Virus record (IMG/VR): IMGVR_UViG_2651869533_000044
Location: 1-40,870 of that record
Reading direction: 5' to 3' (one strand)
From: a virus
Length of the DNA: 40,870 bases
In this document: positions 7,904 through 14,150 of the stretch, in pieces
How the letters are laid out: each line of letters begins with the position of its first letter
Numbering within the stretch: the first letter of the stretch is position 1
The notes under the pieces: model-generated
Told to the model about the DNA's origin: nothing
The model's database searches: none
The model's input: the letters and a program-made list of their open reading frames with translations, nothing else
Translations under genes and position numbers: made by a program

Positions 7904-8491
7904 ATGACAAAAGTAAAAGCAAATATTGAAATCGAAGGATGCAAACCATTTCTATGGCATACTTTTCCATTGGACGCTCTTTCAACCACCAAGAAAAGAG
8001 AAGGAACGACGGGAGATAACAAATCAGAATGGAAAGACACCGTATTGATGGACAATGATCGACGCCTCTACATTTACAACAGCTATCTTTTGTCATCGAT
8101 TGCCGATGGAGGAAAAGAAATTAAGCAGGGTCGCGGCAACATCTCCAAAAAGGTATCATCAACTCTTGACATCGAAGAATATAGACTTTTTCTCACAGAT
8201 CTTACCGTACCATCTGAAGAAGACTTAACAAGAAATGACAGCGATCTCGTTTATTTAGACGTTCGAGCTGTTGTCAATCCAATGACAAAAGGCAGAAATT
8301 TGCGCTATCGTATCGCTGCCCGTCCAGGTTGGAAGCTTAAATTCGTAGTAGGCTGGGATGATCGCATTCTCTCTAAAGATCAGATCAAATCTTGTATAGA
8401 AAACGCCGGAGATTTACAAGGAATTGGAGACGGCAGAGGTTTAGGATTCGGAAGATTTAAACTTCTGAAATTTGAAATGATTAAGAATTAA
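7904..8491 (+). CDS. hypothetical protein (195 aa), possibly a RAMP-type (Cas7/Csm3- or Cas6-like) RNA-binding fold
   Basis: AGGAA lies 6 nt upstream of the ATG. It is one of only two ORFs of 60 aa or more in the 2.9-kb island. The C-terminal GIGDGRGLGFG fits the RAMP glycine-rich loop GhGxxxxxGhG. The fold assignment is from memory of RAMP patterns, not from an alignment. Confidence 0.55.
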   Translation: MTKVKANIEIEGCKPFLWHTFPLDALSTTKKREGTTGDNKSEWKDTVLMDNDRRLYIYNSYLLSSIADGGKEIKQGRGNISKKVSSTLDIEEYRLFLTDLTVPSEEDLTRNDSDLVYLDVRAVVNPMTKGRNLRYRIAARPGWKLKFVVGWDDRILSKDQIKSCIENAGDLQGIGDGRGLGFGRFKLLKFEMIKN

Positions 8492-8500
8492 TTTTTTCAA

Positions 8501-8742
8501 GGCTGGGCGAGGCTAGGCAAGGCAGGGTTTATTGGGGGCGCAAGCCCATATTTCATGGCTTGGAGTGGCAAGGCCAGGCATGGCAAGGCACGGCTAGGCA
8601 AGGCACGGCGTAGCCAGGCATGGCAAGGCAAGGCAGGGCAGGGCAAGGCAAGGTTTATTGAGGGCGTGAGCTCATTTTTCGGGGCAGGGAATGGATGGGC
8701 AAGGCGAGGCTGGGCTAGGCCAGGCTAGGCAAGGCAAGGTTT
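8501..8742 (+). repeat. (GGCNN)n pentamer arrays 3, 4 and 5 (6 + 20 + 12 units) joined by two 26-nt GNRA-hairpin linkers
   Basis: Arrays are 8501-8530, 8557-8656 and 8683-8742. Linkers are 8531-8556 (ATTGGGGGCGCAAGCCCATATTTCAT) and 8657-8682 (ATTGAGGGCGTGAGCTCATTTTTCGG). Confidence 0.9.
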
Positions 8743-9054
8743 TATTGAGGCAGGATGAGAGATGAATGAATGGATCAACGTTTGCGGAAAGCTGGCGTGG
8801 CAAGCTATGTTACCTAATATATGCATTCTTCCGTCATAACTGGCAGTAAAATATTTGTTTGAGTACTTAGGATTAGACAGTTAGATGGTATTAGAAAAAT
8901 ACTCAGCCTCTTCGGCTGCCACGGCGTTGAAGCTGAGCTGTATCAACTGATTGAAAAATCTAAAAGGTAACAATAAGGCCTGTCAAGCGACAACTCGGCA
9001 GGTCCATATACTCCTTAGGGTATATCAAAATAGAAAAAAATATAAAAAGCTATT

Positions 9055-9255
9055 TTAACAACTGATAAAATTCCCACCTAAATCCCTTTGTTCCGCAGTT
9101 GGGTTATCGGAAAAGTCGTCTAGGGTTAAATGATGGCCTTCTCTCTTGATGCGGTCAGGCTGATCACAAGAATCACAATGATCTAAAGGAACGAACCATA
9201 TCTTTTTCTGATCGGTTTTCATTCTTTGTTCCATCTCACATTTATGACATCCCAT
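9055..9255 (-). CDS. small zinc-ribbon-like protein (66 aa)
   Basis: Two Cys pairs (CHKC and CDSC). AAGGAG lies 7 nt upstream of the ATG. Confidence 0.55.
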   Translation of the reverse strand: MGCHKCEMEQRMKTDQKKIWFVPLDHCDSCDQPDRIKREGHHLTLDDFSDNPTAEQRDLGGNFISC

Positions 9256-9747
9256 AATCTTGCTCCTTGATGTCGCCGTTCAAAAAAGTCGAGAGATAGG
9301 ATTTGAACCTATCGCCAAAAGCCTTGCGCCACTCTTTCATATATATACGAAATAGAAAAAACTTAAAAAGTAAATATAGGGATTGTTAAGATTTCTTAAT
9401 AATTAAAAAAAATGGAACCAGAATCTGTGTAAAAGTACCTTAAATCACTCCAATATTATTGGGAATGTTAAGAATTAGGGAGTTATGGAAATGTTTCGAA
9501 AAATGGAAAAAAATATGGGTCGTTATAGTGATATGTATATTTAAGTACCCGTCCTCCTGCGGGGCTGCACCCCTCGACCCCCACCCCCGGTAAGTAAATC
9601 ATTTAGTACTTCGTTGATCTGAACTCTTAGGACTCAACTCAATAGTGTAGATAAATACCAATAACCAATCCTATCCATACATAATTAAAGTGTAAGGTTA
9701 GACGAACGGCTAGATCTACATAGTAATTAATTGAATCAAGATAGTTA

Positions 9748-9768
9748 TACCCTAACAGAAAACCTTAC
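9748..9768 (-). repeat. inverted copy of the 21-bp iteron (TACCCTAACAGAAAACCTTAC)
   Basis: Exact reverse complement of the 6969-7078 repeat unit. Direct-orientation half-sites flank it: GTAAGGTT at 9692-9699 and CTGTTAGG at 9782-9789. Confidence 0.85.
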
Positions 9769-9861
9769 GCTACGCTTATTGCTGTTAGGTTGCACAATAT
9801 TGTTTGTCTATGAGAATGCCTCTAGGACTGCATTAGAGGCGATTTAAGCCAATCAAACTAT

Positions 9862-10422
9862 TTACTTGATAAGATCTTGGGCAACGATGCCATAATCGAT
9901 TTTAGAGGGCTCTAATGAGGTCGGCTCTATGGAAGGTGGAGTTACGTCAATTGGCTCAGATTTTGATTGAGAAATCCTTTCAAGCAATGAGGCTAAAGGA
10001 TTTAGGTTATGGTTGACTGTTGATTCGTCTTTCCAACCTTCTCGAGCAACCAACATGAACTTAATAAAGTTTCCATCACCCTTCTTTGTGACTGCTAAAT
10101 CAACCAATCTCTGCTCTTGAATCTGTCTAGCCAAATTAAATGCGTCACGGAACCCTTCATGCCTTTTCTCGAATCTAGAGGCATGTTCTCGAAGCAAACC
10201 CCTTGAGTTTAAGAAGCTTGCGAGATAATAATTTCTTGGATTCTCGAGCCATTCGTATAAGGCTTCGATCTCTTCTTCTATCTTCTCATCTGTCCAAGTG
10301 AGTGGACGACCACCCTTATTGACTATCTTAAATGGCTGAGGCTGATCTGATTTTGCATTTTGGATAGCCAAGGAAGCCTTTGTTGAATGGTGTAGTTCAG
10401 TACGTTGTGATCTTACCGCCAT
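9862..10422 (-). CDS. putative terminase small subunit / DNA-binding protein (P22 gp3-like pattern)
   Basis: 186 aa. GGRPLTWTDEKIEEEIEALYEWLENP followed by a helical region ending in KFMLVAREGWKDES resembles small terminases of the gp3 type. It lies next to the repeat-bounded island. Confidence 0.4.
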   Translation of the reverse strand: MAVRSQRTELHHSTKASLAIQNAKSDQPQPFKIVNKGGRPLTWTDEKIEEEIEALYEWLENPRNYYLASFLNSRGLLREHASRFEKRHEGFRDAFNLARQIQEQRLVDLAVTKKGDGNFIKFMLVAREGWKDESTVNHNLNPLASLLERISQSKSEPIDVTPPSIEPTSLEPSKIDYGIVAQDLIK

Positions 10423-10556
10423 ACACTTACGCTCAATTTATATTTCTCACTTGTGTAGAATTGTCGACTTGACGTATTCTAATTGAAAATTAACACAAGA
10501 ACCAACGAAAAGGCAAGAACAATGAAAACATATCACGCAATTGTCGAGGTGACACC

Positions 10557-10805
10557 ATGTATATAGACCTAGAAATCCCAAAAGAATGCTTAGAAGCAGT
10601 GTGTACGAGTGGCGATAACGAATCCGCTGTTCACTATTGGTTTGAAGAACTTGGTATCAGCGCATTGCTGGATGCTAATGAGTGTAGAGAGTCTATCTAT
10701 GAGCTTGGATATACCATAACTAGCGAATTGGATGAGGACTATAAGAAACATGCATTTTGGAATGAATGTTGGAGTCAATATGAATCGATGGAGATAGAGC
10801 AATGA
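10557..10805 (+). CDS. hypothetical acidic protein (82 aa)
   Basis: First gene of the plus-strand cassette. Its stop overlaps the next start (ATGA). Confidence 0.5.
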   Translation: MYIDLEIPKECLEAVCTSGDNESAVHYWFEELGISALLDANECRESIYELGYTITSELDEDYKKHAFWNECWSQYESMEIEQ

Positions 10806-11272
10806 GTAATCATGCAGAGACAGCAAAGATGATAAGAAAAGAGTTGAAGAAAGCATTTCCTAAGATCAAGTTTAGGGTAACATCTGATAGATATGCGGGG
10901 GGTAGCAGTGTGAATATATCTTGGCTGAATGGCCCTGTTAGCTCAGACGTTAACAAGGTGGTTCACAAATATCAGTACGGACATTTTGACGGGCAAACAG
11001 ATTGCTATGATGTCGATAGTTCCCGCGATGACATACCTCAAGTGCAATATGTTCAAGTGAATCGTGAGATTGAGGAAGACATAAAAGAGAAAGTATTTGC
11101 ATGGCTACAGAGGACACACGTTCACTTTGATGAAGTGTTTTCAATAGATGAATACAGCCCTAAACTTCAATTAAGTTGGAATGTATGCACTCCCAGAGAA
11201 TTCATTTACAGAGTGCTTGTTAAAATGGATTTAACAAACGGATTTAACGAACCAAATGAGGTAGAGCAATGA
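10802..11272 (+). CDS. hypothetical protein, LPD29-like domain (recalled pattern)
   Basis: 156 aa. TAKMIRKELKKAFPKIKFRVTSDRYAGGSSVNISWLNGP...YGHFDGQTDCYD resembles the large-polyvalent-protein-associated domain 29 pattern as I remember it. Confidence 0.4.
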   Translation: MSNHAETAKMIRKELKKAFPKIKFRVTSDRYAGGSSVNISWLNGPVSSDVNKVVHKYQYGHFDGQTDCYDVDSSRDDIPQVQYVQVNREIEEDIKEKVFAWLQRTHVHFDEVFSIDEYSPKLQLSWNVCTPREFIYRVLVKMDLTNGFNEPNEVEQ

Positions 11273-11691
11273 GTGCAATAAAAGACTTTCATGCTTGGTG
11301 TTTTGACCAAGCTGAGCTCATACGACAGGGTAATTATACGCAACTGGATAGAGAAAACTTAATAGAGGAAATCGAATCATTGGGCCGTCAAGAAAGGGAT
11401 AAGTTAACGAGTGCATTGAGGATACTATTTATGCATCTATTGAAGTATATCTATCAACCTGAATACCGTTCTAAGAGCTGGTTATATTCTATCGCTGAAG
11501 AGAGGAGACAAATTAAAAAGTTCATGTCTAATACTCCAAGTTTGAAGAGTTCTTTCGATGAATGCGTGGAAGAAGCTTATGAGAAAGCTAGGTACCAAGC
11601 TGCAAGAGAGACTGGCATAGACTTGGAGACATTCAACGAAGAATATGCGTTTGATATCGATGATGCACTAAAAGAGGGGTGGTTACCGTGA
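11269..11691 (+). CDS. DUF29 family protein
   Basis: 140 aa. DFHAWCFDQAELIRQGNYTQLDRENLIEEIESLGRQERDKLTSALRILFMHLLKY..SW matches the DUF29 consensus. Confidence 0.65.
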   Translation: MSAIKDFHAWCFDQAELIRQGNYTQLDRENLIEEIESLGRQERDKLTSALRILFMHLLKYIYQPEYRSKSWLYSIAEERRQIKKFMSNTPSLKSSFDECVEEAYEKARYQAARETGIDLETFNEEYAFDIDDALKEGWLP

Positions 11692-12233
11692 AAATAGGCT
11701 ACATAAGAGTAAGCACAATAGAGCAAAACACGGCCCGTCAATTAGACGGCATGGTTTTGGACAAAGTATTTACAGAAAAATTGAGTGGTAAGAGCACAAA
11801 TAGGGAGCAACTGCAAGCTTGCTTGGCGTATTGCAGAGAGGGCGATGAGCTTTACGTGCATAGCATCGATAGGATGGCTAGAAATCTGGTGGATTTAAGA
11901 AAGATTATCGAGGGGCTGAACACAAAGAAGGTTTCCGTTCACTTTGTTAAGGAGAACCTCATATTTTCTGGTAAAGAAAATGCTATGGGCATGCTTTTAT
12001 TGAATGTTATGGGGGCATTTGCGGAGTTTGAGAGGGCTCTTATGCTTGAAAGGACTATGGAAGGTGTTGCCAAGGCTAAGGCTGAAGGGAAGTATAAGGG
12101 AAGAAAGCCTAGCTTGAATGAAGAACAAGTTAAGAGCTTAAAAGAACGCTTGAAATTAGGTATTTCCAAGTCTAAAGTATCTAGGGAATTCAACATTAGC
12201 CGTGATACCGTTTACAACTATCTAGGTGATTAG
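11679..12233 (+). CDS. small serine recombinase (resolvase/invertase family)
   Basis: 184 aa. Catalytic N-terminus GYIRVSTIEQNTARQ, then the SIDRMARN block, then a C-terminal HTH (ISKSKVSREFNISRDTVYNYL). Confidence 0.9.
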   Translation: MVTVKIGYIRVSTIEQNTARQLDGMVLDKVFTEKLSGKSTNREQLQACLAYCREGDELYVHSIDRMARNLVDLRKIIEGLNTKKVSVHFVKENLIFSGKENAMGMLLLNVMGAFAEFERALMLERTMEGVAKAKAEGKYKGRKPSLNEEQVKSLKERLKLGISKSKVSREFNISRDTVYNYLGD

Positions 12234-12412
12234 TGTCAATACCGATATTAGTTAAGAGAGAATGTAGAAAATGTAAGCAGATGAAAGAAGAATACAAGTT
12301 TCCGCCTGTACGGAAAGGGAAGGTATCTTTGTCTAAGGACTGCAAAGAGTGTGTTCAAAGATACAATTCTTTGATCAAAGCAAAAAACAATGCTATAAAT
12401 TGGGGGCATTGA
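12233..12412 (+). CDS. small zinc-ribbon protein (59 aa, GTG start; just below the ORF-track cutoff)
   Basis: The GTG overlaps the recombinase TAG by 1 nt, with AGGTGA 3 nt upstream. Two CxxC pairs (CRKC, CKEC). A terminator follows. Confidence 0.4.
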   Translation: MSIPILVKRECRKCKQMKEEYKFPPVRKGKVSLSKDCKECVQRYNSLIKAKNNAINWGH

Positions 12413-12424
12413 AGCCCCTTTTTT
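12402..12424. terminator. bidirectional rho-independent terminator between convergent operons
   Basis: GGGGC-ATTGAA-GCCCC followed by TTTTTT. It sits between the end of the plus cassette and the stop of minus ORF 12424-12660. Confidence 0.6.
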
Positions 12425-12660
12425 CAGAACGGAATTTCTTCTTGAGCCGGATATGATGGCTTTTGAGGTGCGTAATAAGGTTGAGGTTGGGGAACGCTTC
12501 TCACTGAGGCGGGTGGTGGCGAATAGGTAGGCGCTGAGTTTGACAGCAAGTCTGCAACGCGATTTACTGCTTCAGTGAGCTTTTTGAGATTAAAGCTAAT
12601 CCAATGTAGAGATTCTTCGGGGCTTTGAATTCTTCGTTGTTGATTATTGTCGTATGCCAT
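12424..12660 (-). CDS. hypothetical protein (78 aa) with an SSB-like Pro/Gln-rich linker and C-terminal acidic tip ..AQEEIPF
   Basis: The C-terminus PPPASVRSVPQPQPYYAPQKPSYPAQEEIPF mimics the bacterial SSB tail (..DDDIPF). No OB-fold-length N-terminal domain is present. Confidence 0.55.
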   Translation of the reverse strand: MAYDNNQQRRIQSPEESLHWISFNLKKLTEAVNRVADLLSNSAPTYSPPPASVRSVPQPQPYYAPQKPSYPAQEEIPF

Positions 12661-12968
12661 TACTTCGATCCTTTCTTTTTAGATTTTCCCGCCTCTGAAT
12701 AAGCAATCGCTACAGCTTGCTTTTGCGGTTTTCCAGCTTCCATTTCTCTTTTCACGTTCTCGCTAAAGCCTTTCTTGGTTTTAGCTTCCTTACCTTTCAC
12801 TAGTGGCATAAGCTCACCTTTCCTTACAAATATGTTTACATCGCCTAATTCTGGAATATACAAGTATTGAGTTATGCCAGAATAGGTGGACAACCTATCT
12901 ATATCTGTTTGCTGTAAAGAAATCTCTATAAAATGATCGTCCAGCACCTCTTCGTGTATCAATCGCAT
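12660..12968 (-). CDS. hypothetical basic protein (102 aa)
   Basis: The C-terminal GKPQKQAVAIAYSEAGKSKKK motif is common in small conserved bacterial and phage proteins. TAATG overlap with the next gene. Confidence 0.55.
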   Translation of the reverse strand: MRLIHEEVLDDHFIEISLQQTDIDRLSTYSGITQYLYIPELGDVNIFVRKGELMPLVKGKEAKTKKGFSENVKREMEAGKPQKQAVAIAYSEAGKSKKKGSK

Positions 12969-13399
12969 CTGGTAGCTCCTATCTGTTGCAATTCTTCTAG
13001 GGGTATTACCTTGATTACAGTACGAGGGCTATCTCCGTAACGCTTTCTCAATATCAGATCTGTTATTTGTGAATCGTCCGCATAGACAATCTCTTTCATC
13101 GCATTAGTCACTAGATAAGCTAAGTTATCGATATCTGGTCGCTTTGTGTGGAGTATGACTCCATTCAACATTTGCTTAGCGCGTACTTTAGAGGTCGATT
13201 TAGGTATTGGCATGTAAAATGTCATATGAACTTCTACAGGGCAAGTTAAAGGCTCTTTAGGAGAGTCTGGCCTTATTTGCCACTGGATATAACCCTTCTC
13301 TTGTGAAGAAGGATCGTAAGCTTGTGCGAATTTGCCACAAACACGGAATTTAGTTTGCTTTTGAGGAACTGGATCGCCGAATATTTCGAATATAAACAA
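12959..13399 (-). CDS. rusA: RusA-family Holliday junction resolvase
   Basis: 146 aa. G-DPVPQKQTKF near the N-terminus, then KRPDIDNLAYLVTNAMKEIVYADDSQI, the RusA catalytic Asp block. Confidence 0.72.
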   Translation of the reverse strand: MFIFEIFGDPVPQKQTKFRVCGKFAQAYDPSSQEKGYIQWQIRPDSPKEPLTCPVEVHMTFYMPIPKSTSKVRAKQMLNGVILHTKRPDIDNLAYLVTNAMKEIVYADDSQITDLILRKRYGDSPRTVIKVIPLEELQQIGATRCD

Positions 13400-13443
13400 A
13401 TATATACCTCGTAGTCATTTCTTGAGACATACGAGGCTTTTTG

Positions 13444-13659
13444 TTACTTATCAAGACATTTATCTGTTTCGGTAGCTGCATACAAAATTTCAATCATTTT
13501 TATCATCACCTTCAATTGTTCTTTGGATTTACATGATCGAGTAAGAATCCGAATCATTACAATTTGAAGCTCTTTTATGGTTGCCTTTTTTTCTTCAAAA
13601 AGATGCCATATCGCGTCGTTAAAATAAACAAATCTATCAAAACTTTCCTGTGATTCCAT
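13444..13659 (-). CDS. hypothetical protein (71 aa)
   Basis: ORF in operon orientation, abutting the upstream gene's stop. Confidence 0.5.
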   Translation of the reverse strand: MESQESFDRFVYFNDAIWHLFEEKKATIKELQIVMIRILTRSCKSKEQLKVMIKMIEILYAATETDKCLDK

Positions 13660-14124
13660 TCACCCCTCCTTCTCAATTTGTCTTCTCCCCTCTCTTTCAT
13701 AGAGAGCTGTTAGATCGGACTTAGAAATTACCCACGCCCCACCGCACTTCTTTGCTGGAAGATCGCCTATTCTTATCAAATAATATAGTCTGGAAGGGGA
13801 ATAGAAGTATCCGAACTCTTGCGCAAATGTCTTTGAGGCGTGCAAAACGCTCCATCTGTCGTTTTCTATGTCAAACAGCTTCTTTCCTTCGAAAACTCTT
13901 TTTTCACAGATATATTTACTCTTGCGATAAGATTCTAGATCGGATTTCTTCACGCAAATTATCTTTCTTTTTATATAAACGATTGGTCTGCCTTTGTATT
14001 GCTTCTCAAATTTGTGATATCTAATCTCTGAGGGTATCTGCCCGTCTTTTATCGCGTTGAATATTGCCTGTCTCTTGACTCTTCCAAGTTTAGCCGCTTG
14101 CGCTACCGATAACCATTCTTCCAT
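13660..14124 (-). CDS. helix-turn-helix DNA-binding protein (excisionase/MerR-like HTH at both ends)
   Basis: 154 aa. N-terminal WLSVAQAAKLGRVKRQAIFNAIKDGQIP and C-terminal LPAKKCGGAWVISKSDL are HTH_17-like segments. Confidence 0.55.
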   Translation of the reverse strand: MEEWLSVAQAAKLGRVKRQAIFNAIKDGQIPSEIRYHKFEKQYKGRPIVYIKRKIICVKKSDLESYRKSKYICEKRVFEGKKLFDIENDRWSVLHASKTFAQEFGYFYSPSRLYYLIRIGDLPAKKCGGAWVISKSDLTALYEREGRRQIEKEG

Positions 14125-14150
14125 TTTTCTATACTCCCCATCAAAAAATT

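Noticed and set aside
7718-8728. Arg/Gly/Trp-rich peptides translated through the pentamer arrays (54 aa at 7718-7882; 57 aa at 8555-8728)
   Set aside because: In a GGCNN lattice the only possible stop codon is TAG, from GGCTA, and it falls in one frame only, so ~50-codon open frames are expected by chance. The hairpin linkers are 26 nt, which is not a multiple of 3, and there is no convincing ribosome-binding site. Linker covariation also points to RNA-level selection rather than coding selection.
7657-8742. Reading the arrays plus ORF as a type III (ToxIN-like) toxin-antitoxin locus
   Set aside because: Known type III antitoxins are tandem 34-36-nt (or similar) repeats located only upstream of the toxin and separated from it by a terminator. 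Here the periodicity is 5 nt, the repeats flank the gene on both sides, and there is no intervening terminator. I also see no resemblance of the protein to ToxN/AbiQ-type sequences. This cannot be fully excluded without experiments.
7700-8750. Reading the repeat region as a CRISPR array (26-32-nt hairpin repeats with an ATTTCAAG-like 3' handle, next to a RAMP-like gene)
   Set aside because: Only three full repeat copies exist. The intervening 'spacers' are low-complexity GGCNN pentamers of 30-100 nt rather than unique protospacer-derived sequences. The arrays sit on both sides of the ORF, and no other cas genes are present. The resemblance to Cas6-processed repeats is kept only as a mechanistic analogy.
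9288-9340. A second complete tRNA gene on the minus strand
   Set aside because: Only the T-arm and a 3' acceptor-like strand are present. No D arm, anticodon arm or complementary 5' acceptor strand can be drawn. It is reported as a tRNA-like fragment only.
6969-9768. The 21-bp repeats as hix/gix-like crossover sites for the serine recombinase, making 6969-9768 an invertible segment
   Set aside because: The unit contains AAGGTTTT, reminiscent of hix half-sites. However, it lacks the dyad symmetry with a central 2-bp core that serine-invertase sites require. Four tandem copies in 22-bp phase look like protein-binding iterons instead. This remains testable with long reads that show both orientations.
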